Position numbers and translations under genes: made by a program. From a virus, in IMG/VR virus record IMGVR_UViG_3300010965_000002, positions 1 through 64,000 of that record: a stretch of DNA of 64,000 bases; one strand, 5' to 3'. This document shows, in pieces, positions 1-9,083 of this stretch. Numbering within the stretch: the first letter of the stretch is position 1; every line of letters begins with the position of its first letter. The notes below the pieces were generated by a model that worked only from the letters and a program-made list of their open reading frames with translations, did no database searches and had not been told where the DNA came from.

Positions 1-177
1 AAGCAAATCCTTGAGTTGTTGCGCAACGAGTTCTTGCGGCTGATTCCTACAGAAGCTGAGATTGAAGAACTTGATCTTGAGGCTGGTGTGGCACAGAAGG
101 TGAAGATGGCACTCAAGTACGCCAAGACCCACAAGCAGAACGCCGCACGTAGTAAATCACTGTGGGCCCAGCTATGA
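1..177 (+). CDS. Partial hypothetical protein (3' end)
   Basis: Open frame from base 1 to TGA 175-177, ATGA overlap with next gene. Confidence 0.6.
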   Translation, partial: KQILELLRNEFLRLIPTEAEIEELDLEAGVAQKVKMALKYAKTHKQNAARSKSLWAQL

Positions 178-788
178 GCTTGTTCGATACTTTGAAATCT
201 AGCTGGGACACTCTGGTTGGAAATAACCGTGGGCGTGCCCTGGCTCAACTATACTCGCTCAATCCTTTTGTCCAAAACGACACCATGATTGAGAGCATCG
301 TAGACAACAAGCTGTCGGATGCTGAATGGAGGATTACCTTGGCTATCGAGCGCAAGCTACGCGACCGAGGTATTTCCGACATGCAGACCCGTGTGTCAAA
401 CCGAATGCAAGATCAGGTTGACGATGCTGTGTCGGCTTGGCTGGATGGTGTACCTGGATTGGACTTAGACCAGTACAACGTTGGGCTGAATCCCAAAGTG
501 CTGGCACGCATCACAGAACGGCTAGCCTTCTTTGAGCTTGGTTTGGTGCAACGCATTATGAGTCGTTTCGTTCCTCAAAAGAACTACATGGAGCAACTCA
601 TAGGTAGCAATGCCCAGAACATCGACAGCATGATTGCAAACGCCATCAACAAAAAGCTCAGTTCCCGTAATGCTTCACTAGCTGTGCGGGAAGCCATTGA
701 AGCGCAGGTAGATGCACTGATCGAACCCGTGGTTGATCGGATTGTCGCACAGATCGACGCACTACCTGAAATACGAACACCATTATGA
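174..788 (+). CDS. Hypothetical protein
   Basis: ORF in a tightly packed operon; ATG 174 overlaps upstream stop. Confidence 0.7.
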   Translation: MSLFDTLKSSWDTLVGNNRGRALAQLYSLNPFVQNDTMIESIVDNKLSDAEWRITLAIERKLRDRGISDMQTRVSNRMQDQVDDAVSAWLDGVPGLDLDQYNVGLNPKVLARITERLAFFELGLVQRIMSRFVPQKNYMEQLIGSNAQNIDSMIANAINKKLSSRNASLAVREAIEAQVDALIEPVVDRIVAQIDALPEIRTPL

Positions 789-1045
789 AAATACTCAGTG
801 CTAAACCTCCGTTTGACGTGAAGAAAGTAAAGCCTACCAAGTTGATGCTCGATCATTGGGCGTACCGCGCTTCTAAGAAGTTGTCTGTCATGCCAATCTT
901 CGCGGTCATCCATATTGAAGGCTCTATTCAACCACCCGGCTATATCCAAGCCTGGTCAATCAACAAAGCTACGGCGAAAAGCCAGGCTAAAGAAATCGGT
1001 GGCAAGACTGTCATAGTAACATTCAAGCCTCCTAAAAATCTGTGA
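785..1045 (+). CDS. Hypothetical protein (MKILSA N-terminus)
   Basis: ORF coupled to upstream stop. Confidence 0.65.
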   Translation: MKILSAKPPFDVKKVKPTKLMLDHWAYRASKKLSVMPIFAVIHIEGSIQPPGYIQAWSINKATAKSQAKEIGGKTVIVTFKPPKNL

Positions 1046-1055
1046 AGAAAAGGCT

Positions 1056-1259
1056 ATGAAAATCTTGGCAACAAAAATTACAGCGCAAGACGGTACCTAC
1101 GCAGGACTGCAAAGTGGCTACATCGTGAAGTTCCAAGCGCCTGATGTAAATACTGGTAAGCTGACTGACTACGAACACAAGAGTGAAGTAGGCTACAGAG
1201 GCTTCAACATCAAAGTCCACGTAACCGTAAATCGAGGCATCACAAAGAGTTGTCTATGA
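1056..1259 (+). CDS. Hypothetical protein (MKILAT N-terminus)
   Basis: ORF in operon, ATGA-coupled to next gene. Confidence 0.65.
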   Translation: MKILATKITAQDGTYAGLQSGYIVKFQAPDVNTGKLTDYEHKSEVGYRGFNIKVHVTVNRGITKSCL

Positions 1260-1804
1260 AAATACTAACCTCGAAGCCTGTGCAAGCAGCAACTGCTAGA
1301 ACGGTAGTCACAAAAATCACATCCAAGGCTGCGGCTGCTTGGTATGCTGAAAACAAGCTCAAGAATATGTCGTGGCAATTCAACAAGGGTGACACCTTTA
1401 GTTTTTACGCTGTAATGCTTGGCGACACCATTGTAGCCTGTATGGCGTACACCAATGGCATGTTCACCTCACGCTGCAAGTTTGACAAGACGTCCTGGCC
1501 AGGTATTCTCGATTTGTTCGACCGACCCGAGAATCAAAAGCTGGGTGTATCTACTGGCATACCGCACAGACTGCCGTATATCACGGGGGTACAAACGGCG
1601 TTGGAGCACAGAGGTAAAGGCTACGCCAAGCGACTCTTGAAAGTTGCCATAAAACTTACCAAGGACAACGGTAAGAAATTCTTGTTCCTCAGTAGTGCCT
1701 TTCAGTCTACAGCGTATCAGCTTTACGAAAAGCTAGGATTTGTTGATATTGCCAAATCAGACCTGGGTCGTACCGAACGCATCATGTTAAAACAAATCAA
1801 ATAA
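1256..1804 (+). CDS. GNAT-family acetyltransferase
   Basis: Motif A (VQTALEHRGKGYAKRLL) and motif B (AYQLYEKLGF). Confidence 0.8.
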   Translation: MKILTSKPVQAATARTVVTKITSKAAAAWYAENKLKNMSWQFNKGDTFSFYAVMLGDTIVACMAYTNGMFTSRCKFDKTSWPGILDLFDRPENQKLGVSTGIPHRLPYITGVQTALEHRGKGYAKRLLKVAIKLTKDNGKKFLFLSSAFQSTAYQLYEKLGFVDIAKSDLGRTERIMLKQIK

Positions 1805-1806
1805 CC

Positions 1807-3726
1807 ATGAAAATCCTTGCCGCAATCAATCCTGAAATCAGCATGTTAGTAAAGCTGCTGAAACGCGCCCGTGACGTTTACTACAACACAGGTGAGTTCT
1901 ATAAAGCTGAACCCGGTGAATTGGTTGCCGGCCCCACACGTAGCATCTTGCGTCCAACAAAAGGCGTGGTGACTGATGCGGCCTACGACCAGCTTGAAGA
2001 TCGTTTGCGTGAATTAGACCCTGAACATCCTCTGCTCAAAGCCGTTGGTGTGGCTCCGAAAAAGCGCAAGATCAAATTGCCTTTCCGTATGCCGTCGCTG
2101 GACAAGATCAAGGGTGCTGCTGTTAGCCGTTGGCTGGACACTCACGAAGGTCCTTACGTTATCAGTGACAAAGTGGACGGTGTAAGTCTGGGTGTGGAGT
2201 ACAACGGCAAATCCCGACTGGCGTTTACCCGTGGTGACGGCATTTCAGGCGGCGATATTTCGTTCATGGCAGCCGACCTTGGACTGCCTGACATCAAAAC
2301 TAATTTGAAAGTACGTGGCGAGATAGTAATGCCTGTAGCAAAGTTCAATGCCTTATGGTCTGAGCACTTTGCCAATCCACGTAACATGGTGTCAGGCATT
2401 ACCAACCGCAACAGCTTGCACGAGGCACTTGCTCACTGCAAGGTCTACATGTACGAGTTGGTCGAGCCTCGAATGAAACCATCGGCTGCTTTCGCCAAAA
2501 TGAAGCAGTTGGGTTTCACCGTAGTTCCCAACAAGTTGGTGCAAACCTTGGATGTGGATAAGCTGTCCAAGATTCTGGATACCCGACGTGCCACTGCAAA
2601 GTACGAAATGGACGGTCTGGTTGTTACGCAGGACATCAAGAATGTTGCTGCAACAACCAATCCTGATTGGAGCGTGGCATTCAAGAACGAAGCCAAGGAC
2701 GACAGTGCTGTTGCCAAGGTGGTTGAAGTTGAATGGCGTACTACGCGAACTGGTGCCTTGTTTCCGCGTGTGATTATTGAGCCAGTGCGATTGAAGGGTG
2801 TGACCGTAACCTACTGTAGCGGTAAGAGCGGCATGACCATCAAGAACCTCGGCATTGGCCCTGGTGCCAAGATCAAGATTGCACGATCGGGTGACGTGAT
2901 TCCAGACATCCGTGAGGTCTTGGTTGCAGTCAAACCTCAGCTTCCAAGTAAGACGGATTTTGGAGCATGGGAATGGCGCGGTGAGAATATCATGCTCACT
3001 GACCATACCAGCAACGAGGGTACAAGCAACGATGTAGCTGTGCAGCAGATGTCCTTCTTCTTTACCACAATCGGTGTGGAACGTTTCAAGGGCGCGACAT
3101 TGCAGAAGTTCATTGATGCGGGTCACCAAGACGTTGCAAGCGTGTTGAGGATGACTGAGCAACAGTTCCTTCGTGTACCCGGTACAAGCGCCAAGGTGCT
3201 GTCCGGTGTGTGGACGCAATTGCAGAACGCGATCACGAATACAGAACTGCATGTGCTGATGTATGCCTCAGGTATCTTCGGTCGCAACTTTGGCAGCAAG
3301 CGATTTGCAGCAATACTAAAGGCGTTGCCTGATGTGTTGAAGTGGAGCGGCAGTCGTAGTGCGCTAGTCGAGGCTGTTGACGACGTAGAAGGTTTTGACT
3401 TGGTGACTGCAAAGCAATTTGCAGCACAACTACCTGTGTTTCTGCGGTGGTTGAAAACCGTGCCTTCCGTTACGTACACAGGTCCAAAGAAGATTCGTGC
3501 CAAAGGCGCAAAATGTTCCAACCACCGTGTTGTCATGACGGGCTTCCGAGACAAAATCTTGGAGACTGAGATTGTGCAACAGGGCGGTGAAGTTATCGAC
3601 AGCATCAAGAAGGCCACAGTGCTGTTGGCAAAAGACCCAAGTGGTTCAAGCACGAAGCTGGACACAGCCCGTCAGCTTCGTATCCCCATCATGACTGCGG
3701 AGCAATACCGCAAAAAATTCTTATAG
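1807..3726 (+). CDS. ligA: NAD-dependent DNA ligase
   Basis: Domain Ia (YY..TDAAYDQLEDRL), KxDG motif (SDKVDG), TRGDG.GGDI, RGE, HhH repeats, C-terminal BRCT; Cys4 zinc finger not seen. Confidence 0.95.
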   Translation: MKILAAINPEISMLVKLLKRARDVYYNTGEFYKAEPGELVAGPTRSILRPTKGVVTDAAYDQLEDRLRELDPEHPLLKAVGVAPKKRKIKLPFRMPSLDKIKGAAVSRWLDTHEGPYVISDKVDGVSLGVEYNGKSRLAFTRGDGISGGDISFMAADLGLPDIKTNLKVRGEIVMPVAKFNALWSEHFANPRNMVSGITNRNSLHEALAHCKVYMYELVEPRMKPSAAFAKMKQLGFTVVPNKLVQTLDVDKLSKILDTRRATAKYEMDGLVVTQDIKNVAATTNPDWSVAFKNEAKDDSAVAKVVEVEWRTTRTGALFPRVIIEPVRLKGVTVTYCSGKSGMTIKNLGIGPGAKIKIARSGDVIPDIREVLVAVKPQLPSKTDFGAWEWRGENIMLTDHTSNEGTSNDVAVQQMSFFFTTIGVERFKGATLQKFIDAGHQDVASVLRMTEQQFLRVPGTSAKVLSGVWTQLQNAITNTELHVLMYASGIFGRNFGSKRFAAILKALPDVLKWSGSRSALVEAVDDVEGFDLVTAKQFAAQLPVFLRWLKTVPSVTYTGPKKIRAKGAKCSNHRVVMTGFRDKILETEIVQQGGEVIDSIKKATVLLAKDPSGSSTKLDTARQLRIPIMTAEQYRKKFL

Positions 3727-3736
3727 GAGAGTTTCA

Positions 3737-4018
3737 ATGTTTACTGTAGACAACGTTACCTTCAACAGAGCTACAGACGGCAGTACCGCTGTAGGCGTCT
3801 GCAATGCCCTGAATGAAGCAACACGAGAGGCCACCGTAGTGTTCAGCCAAAACGGTTTGAACTGGACACTACCTTACCGTGAAGTGTTTGCTCCAACCAG
3901 CAACTCAAGTGGGGAACGTCCAGAGTTCATGCCCTTGAACGACGATGGCGCACCGTTCGCATTCAGCGACGGCGACCGCGTGTGGGACCCGGCAACCGAC
4001 CTGGGGATGACGACATGA
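3737..4018 (+). CDS. Hypothetical protein
   Basis: ORF with GGAG SD. Confidence 0.7.
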   Translation: MFTVDNVTFNRATDGSTAVGVCNALNEATREATVVFSQNGLNWTLPYREVFAPTSNSSGERPEFMPLNDDGAPFAFSDGDRVWDPATDLGMTT

Positions 4019-4521
4019 AAACCTCCGCAGTATTCAACAGCTTACGCGCGTTCCTTGAAGCGTGCCGCGAAGCAAACAAACGCATGGTGATATGCTATGC
4101 CGATCGGGCTGGTCATACCATTATGATCTGGCGTGAAACAGGTGCATGGCTTGGTAGTCTTGAGATTGCGCAGTCCAAGGCTTGGACAGCGATTGCATTT
4201 TCTGGCCCCACCGAAGAAGGTGCGTTGACCACTGAAAAGATTGCTACCATGACACAGCCGGGACAGCCGCTGTACGGTTTGCAAAATACCAACCAAGGCA
4301 AAGTGGTGATCTTTGGTGGCGGTATCCCGATCTACGTCAAGGGTAAGTTGCACGGCAGCGTTGGTGTCTCAGGCTCCACCGTTGACGACGACATCGAGTT
4401 TGCACAGAAGGCCGTTGACGCTTATCTGGCCGCATACGACGAAGTACCGGACGATGAACCCAAGCCGAAGCCAAAGGACGATGTACCCGCCGCCGATTCC
4501 GAAGAACAAGAAACAGAGTGA
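4015..4521 (+). CDS. GlcG/HbpS-family heme-binding protein
   Basis: SLEIAQSKAWTA, PGQPLYGL, FGGGIPI..G...GSVGVSG.TVDDD motifs; acidic tail. Confidence 0.85.
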   Translation: MKTSAVFNSLRAFLEACREANKRMVICYADRAGHTIMIWRETGAWLGSLEIAQSKAWTAIAFSGPTEEGALTTEKIATMTQPGQPLYGLQNTNQGKVVIFGGGIPIYVKGKLHGSVGVSGSTVDDDIEFAQKAVDAYLAAYDEVPDDEPKPKPKDDVPAADSEEQETE

Positions 4522-4530
4522 GCGTAAATT

Positions 4531-5034
4531 ATGGCACACGCCAATTCCTCACCTCGGATGCGCACCGCACGATTGTTAAACAGTCTGAGCAGTGTGCTAG
4601 CTGTTTCAAGAAGCCACAAGGTTTCTGCCAGCATCGCCTACGTAGACGTTGAAGGCCGAACACGCTTCTTATGGCGGGAGCACGACGCAATGGTCGGCTC
4701 TCTGCTACAAGCTGAGGCAATGGCTTGGACGGCAATCGCCCGAGCTATGCCCGACAAATCGCTAACTGAACTTCTCCGCGAACGTGTTACCTCGTTAACG
4801 CAACATGGATTTTGTGAAGGCAAACATATGCCGTCACTCGACCCTGTGGAAGGTGGCGCACTGTTGACTGTTGATACCAAGATTGTAGGTGCTGTTGGAA
4901 TTGCTGGCGACTTCTCAATTGGGATTCGCGCCCAGCTATGTCAAGCGGCGCTGGCAGGTTACTTGGAGATTGACACTCGCATTCCATCTTTGCAGGCTTG
5001 CCATTTCGCGGAAACCCAAAAGGGAGAACTATGA
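4531..5034 (+). CDS. Divergent GlcG/HbpS-like paralog
   Basis: IAYVDVEGR..LWRE..A..GSL..A...AWTAIA and GG....KIVGAVGIAG align with upstream gene. Confidence 0.65.
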   Translation: MAHANSSPRMRTARLLNSLSSVLAVSRSHKVSASIAYVDVEGRTRFLWREHDAMVGSLLQAEAMAWTAIARAMPDKSLTELLRERVTSLTQHGFCEGKHMPSLDPVEGGALLTVDTKIVGAVGIAGDFSIGIRAQLCQAALAGYLEIDTRIPSLQACHFAETQKGEL

Positions 5035-5444
5035 CAGTAATTGCCGCCACGCATAAGTCAATGAGCGCAGACACCTTCTCACACACCAAAGTGTCAGGGT
5101 TCTATGTCCACAAGATTGTGCGTGTGGGTAAGTCATTAGTTGGCTGTGCAGGGCCAAGCGAGCTATGCCAAAGATTCATAAACTGGCGCACGAAGGGCTC
5201 AAAACGCCCTGTTTGGGGGCAAAACGACCAGTTTGAGGCCCTCGTGCTGGACAAAACGGGCTTGTATGTGTACTACACTAGCTGCACGCCAGATAGGGTG
5301 AATTTGCCGTATTTCGCCATAGGGAGTGGACGCCAATATGCCATGGGTGCATTGGCACAACAAGCCACTTCTGAGCAGGCTGTCGATACAGCATGTTTGT
5401 TTGACCCGTATTCAAAAGCACCTGTCGAAACACTGACGCTGTAA
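5031..5444 (+). CDS. Ntn-hydrolase / HslV (proteasome beta)-like peptidase
   Basis: N-terminal M-T-V-I-A, ..ADT.., HK, VGCAG, FAIGSGRQYAMGAL, DPYS. Confidence 0.7.
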   Translation: MTVIAATHKSMSADTFSHTKVSGFYVHKIVRVGKSLVGCAGPSELCQRFINWRTKGSKRPVWGQNDQFEALVLDKTGLYVYYTSCTPDRVNLPYFAIGSGRQYAMGALAQQATSEQAVDTACLFDPYSKAPVETLTL

Positions 5445-5462
5445 CTTCAAGAGAACCTTTCC

Positions 5463-5933
5463 ATGCGAGAACTAGCTTTCAAACAAACTCCCAAATCTGG
5501 CGACTGGTATGTGCTGGGCTTGGTGAAGTATCCAGTGCTAGGATTTGCACCAGACACAAAAAGTCTGATGTACGCAAAGACCTATGCTGACCGACGTGAC
5601 CCGTTGGAAACACCACTGGCTGAACTCGTTGTCCTCGATGCTGATTGGTCGCCCACTTGGTGGGTTGCGAAGTCACGGATAACCAAACCCAACAAGCTCT
5701 GGTTTGAAGTGTACTTCCCTTGGTATGGCGGTGAGCGTCACTTTGCAACTCGCGCAGTCAGTATGCGCAAGGCACGGCAGAATGTGATGCACCGCATAGG
5801 CGTTGAACTTTGCAATGTAGCTGCTGATCTTCGAGGCGCACCAGAGCGTGCTGCCAAGGATGCACTGGCCGCTGTTGTTGGCAAAGCCTTTGTTCCCGAA
5901 CTTCTCAATGTGCAACTCAGTCTGAAAAACTGA
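5463..5933 (+). CDS. Hypothetical protein
   Basis: Last ORF before terminator. Confidence 0.65.
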   Translation: MRELAFKQTPKSGDWYVLGLVKYPVLGFAPDTKSLMYAKTYADRRDPLETPLAELVVLDADWSPTWWVAKSRITKPNKLWFEVYFPWYGGERHFATRAVSMRKARQNVMHRIGVELCNVAADLRGAPERAAKDALAAVVGKAFVPELLNVQLSLKN

Positions 5934-5946
5934 GGAGTACAGACGT

Positions 5947-5987
5947 AAAAAAAGCCGCGCAGAAATCAATCTGCGCGGCTTTTTTTT
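5947..5987. terminator. Bidirectional rho-independent terminator
   Basis: 10-bp stem AGCCGCGCAG/CTGCGCGGCT flanked by an A-run and a T-run between convergent operons. Confidence 0.9.
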
Positions 5988-6005
5988 GTTTCTACTTCCT
6001 GGCGG

Positions 6006-6341
6006 TCAGTGAGCGTGACCACAGCTTTCAGAGTGGACGTGTTCGCCACCATCTTCGGCTGACAACATGCCTGACAACGAATCAGTGATGTCTGACAGGA
6101 TGCTGTCTGCCATTTCAAGCTCTTGCTCAGGCGTGCCTTCAAACGCCAATGCGTTCGTGATGTCCACTTCATCGAAGGACTGACGCACCAGTGCAGGTGC
6201 ACCGTCGATCATGAACGACGCGCTGCCAACGAGGATTGGCTTTTCGTTGTCATCGGTTTCGACAACCATCAAAACCTGTTGACCATTTGTGGCGCGAAGC
6301 ACACGGCAGAAATCTGCACCTGGGGTGATTGAGTGACTCAT
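6006..6341 (-). CDS. Hypothetical acidic protein
   Basis: ORF coupled to upstream gene. Confidence 0.65.
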   Translation of the reverse strand: MSHSITPGADFCRVLRATNGQQVLMVVETDDNEKPILVGSASFMIDGAPALVRQSFDEVDITNALAFEGTPEQELEMADSILSDITDSLSGMLSAEDGGEHVHSESCGHAH

Positions 6342-6574
6342 TGTTTACTTTCTGGAAGTTTGTATTTACCATCGTACCTTGGTCCCAGTACGCTCAAGTC
6401 TTTGATCTGCTCTGCAATGCGGTCGGTCACAGGTTTGTTCCATTCGACCACCACACATTCTCTTGGGTCAACCCCATACAACTGCATGAGATTGCCCGCA
6501 CCGACATGATGCCTGTCGCCATCTGTTCGGCTACGCACTGGCCCTGGATAGACCGCGTACTTGATTGTCGTCAT
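6338..6574 (-). CDS. Hypothetical protein
   Basis: ORF with phage-like motif PGPVRSRTDGDRH. Confidence 0.65.
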   Translation of the reverse strand: MTTIKYAVYPGPVRSRTDGDRHHVGAGNLMQLYGVDPRECVVVEWNKPVTDRIAEQIKDLSVLGPRYDGKYKLPESKQ

Positions 6575-6583
6575 GATGACCTC

Positions 6584-7627
6584 TCACGCTGCGTTCACAG
6601 AGTATGGTGCAAACTGCGCACGCAACTCTTTGAGGAATGCTTGGCCTGATTTGATACTGACGTTCAAGTGTTGTAGTGCCAACGCCATGTAGTCTTTGCT
6701 TGGCAACTTGTCCAGCAATTCCTCGTTGGTGTCCAATTTGTATCCAGTCTCAGCCAGGAACGTTGTGAACTCTGGACAGTAGGCACCACAGATCAATTCA
6801 ATGAACCGTCTGCGCTTGCCACTGTACTTCGTCAAAGCACGACCCAACTCAATCTTCAGGTCATTGCTTGTCTCTGGTGCAACTATGGTGTTCAACTGGG
6901 CTTCGTCCAGCGAAATCACCTTGCTGTGAAACGCACCAGCACCGTCCACTTGCAACCGTCCAACCTTCTGGGTGGTGTAGTGGTGAATCATATTGATACC
7001 TTGGTTGTGTATCACACGCTTGACCACGTTCGTTGCGTGCAAGTAGGTCTGCACACATGGATACATCATCAACAAACCTTGGATGCCTTTGAACACCAGT
7101 TCGTGCTCAATATCGTTTCGGTGCAGCCCTTGGCTTTGAATGACAAAGCGCAATTTGCGGCTGACGAACTTACCCATCCAGGTCTTAGTGTCAGACATGA
7201 TGCTGACGATGTTGCCATCCAGCTTTTCCAAGGTCAACGCGTTGAACTGCCTGGCTAACTTTCGCAAGTGCGCCAACACAGTCCTATGTACGCGACCAAA
7301 GGCACGGACATCACGCAAGCTAACATCCCACTTGCGTGCTAGCTTCAAGCTGGCCTTGTAATCCAGCTTGTGCTTCACCACATAGAACACCCAGACTTTC
7401 AAGTTCTTGACAATCGAACCTGACCGACTCATGGCATCCGTAATCGCTCTCACATTTGGTTTGACCTCAGTGAGTTTGGCTATACGGGCACCATACGTCC
7501 GATAGTTGAAACCTCGGAACAGGTACATGAGCGTTGCATTATACAACGCCACCTCGTCACTTGCTTTTAGCAGTGGGTCGGCTTGCTTTACCAGCTCGGT
7601 TAGTGTGTCCTTGGAGATTGAATCCAT
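6584..7627 (-). CDS. Possible divergent sigma70-family factor
   Basis: Region-2-like segment (NDIEHELVFKGIQGLL..HATNVVKRVIHNQGINMI), SLD, and region-4-like ALTKYSGKRRRFIEL; similarity judged by eye. Confidence 0.45.
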   Translation of the reverse strand: MDSISKDTLTELVKQADPLLKASDEVALYNATLMYLFRGFNYRTYGARIAKLTEVKPNVRAITDAMSRSGSIVKNLKVWVFYVVKHKLDYKASLKLARKWDVSLRDVRAFGRVHRTVLAHLRKLARQFNALTLEKLDGNIVSIMSDTKTWMGKFVSRKLRFVIQSQGLHRNDIEHELVFKGIQGLLMMYPCVQTYLHATNVVKRVIHNQGINMIHHYTTQKVGRLQVDGAGAFHSKVISLDEAQLNTIVAPETSNDLKIELGRALTKYSGKRRRFIELICGAYCPEFTTFLAETGYKLDTNEELLDKLPSKDYMALALQHLNVSIKSGQAFLKELRAQFAPYSVNAA

Positions 7628-8399
7628 CTTTAGTGCCCCGTCCGATTGTTTTCGCTGCTGGTGTTGGTTTCTTGGCTTTGCTGCCCTTGCTTTCAATAAC
7701 GCGATCAAGCATACGGCTGTCAAGCCAATTGCTAGGCACGGTATCCAGACTGGGCGGTGTGTACTCGTCAGGCTTCGTTGCCAAAGTCTGTCGATACACG
7801 GCACGTTCGGCGGGCGTCATCTTCAAACATTGCAGAGTCGTTCGCTTGCGGCTTGCAGCCTCAAACTTAGGCTCTGCAATGCGTCCTTCAAGAATCAGCG
7901 ACTTACGTTTCTTCGTAAACTGGGTCATGTTCATTACTGATGGGCGCAGCAATGTCAGAAAGCATCCTTGACCATTCAGACCTTCAAAGTCACTGGACAA
8001 GTACACTTGGGTGGCAGCACGGTCAGCACCGATCACATAGCCTCGAACATAGCATTCAAGATAATCGCCACCGATGGTGAACGCTACCTCTTCGCCAAAT
8101 TCGTAACCTGACTTCTTAATCAAGTCGATGTTGCGGAACTCGTAGGCCAACAACATGATCTGGCTTCGGGTCAAATCGCGCACGATGTCGCGCAATCCAA
8201 TCAGATGGCCTTTCTTCACGATGCTGATCTTGATCAGGTCTGGCGTAAAGCTGGGACAGGCTTCCGCAAAACTCGTCTTACCAAGTTGCATACAGGGCTT
8301 CTCAAATGCTGCCGGCCCTGTAAGGTGAGTGCAGTCTCCACATTTCAATGCAAGCGATACGCGGTTGCTTGAATCTGTCGCGTCTTTCACAATCGTCAT
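7557..8399 (-). CDS. Hypothetical protein with N-terminal Cys cluster
   Basis: CGDC..C..C motif; long ORF. Confidence 0.7.
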   Translation of the reverse strand: MTIVKDATDSSNRVSLALKCGDCTHLTGPAAFEKPCMQLGKTSFAEACPSFTPDLIKISIVKKGHLIGLRDIVRDLTRSQIMLLAYEFRNIDLIKKSGYEFGEEVAFTIGGDYLECYVRGYVIGADRAATQVYLSSDFEGLNGQGCFLTLLRPSVMNMTQFTKKRKSLILEGRIAEPKFEAASRKRTTLQCLKMTPAERAVYRQTLATKPDEYTPPSLDTVPSNWLDSRMLDRVIESKGSKAKKPTPAAKTIGRGTKDGFNLQGHTNRAGKASRPTAKSK

Positions 8400-8836
8400 C
8401 AAATTTTCCTTTGAGTTTTTAGTTGGGTACTTTGCTCATGTAGTAAATCTATGCAGGCATCTAGTGTGTCAGCTATAGACTTTCTACCCAGGATGTATTT
8501 CAAGTCCTTAAGTTTTCTGCTCCTTTCTTTATTGAACTTGTGTTGAACCAACATAGGCTTCTCCATACCTTTGGTGGCTGCTCGGGCTTTAGCAATCAGT
8601 TCGACCAATGTGCTAAGTTTGTTCTGTCGTTCAGGTTTGTTTGTGTGCTGGAGCACAAGATGTTCGCGTTCAACCTTTGGCTTGAGGGCCACGGCATGAA
8701 TGAACGTGTGATGTGTAGCGCATAACGTAACTTGAGGACCATCTACTCCGCCGTAGGCTTGTGGTATAACATGGTGGTCGTTTTTACCATCCTTGCCACC
8801 ACACACCCAACAGTGAGGTAAGATTATTGATTGCAT
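8399..8836 (-). CDS. HNH-type endonuclease-like protein
   Basis: CWVC..DHHVIPQAYGG..TLCATHHTFIH; GGAG SD. Confidence 0.75.
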   Translation of the reverse strand: MQSIILPHCWVCGGKDGKNDHHVIPQAYGGVDGPQVTLCATHHTFIHAVALKPKVEREHLVLQHTNKPERQNKLSTLVELIAKARAATKGMEKPMLVQHKFNKERSRKLKDLKYILGRKSIADTLDACIDLLHEQSTQLKTQRKI

Positions 8837-9037
8837 GGAACACTCCTTGATATGCAGTAGATTGATGCTTGGAAAAGAAGCGGGGAAAGACGTGCCCACC
8901 ATTAACCACGAACCGATTGCGCCCAACAACAGGTACGCCAAGCACCAAACTACTGCACACCATACTAGCAGGCATCCTAATCAGGACCAACACTCGATGT
9001 GTTGACAAACTCTTTGGTGAGTTTAGCGCCAGCTAGT

Positions 9038-9066
9038 ATTGTACCACACATCATCCGGCTGGTCAA
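9038..9066 (-). promoter_or_regulatory. sigma70-type promoter
   Basis: TTGACC-17 bp-TACAAT with TGTGG extended -10. Confidence 0.7.
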
Positions 9067-9083
9067 CTACCGGAAAGTTGAAA

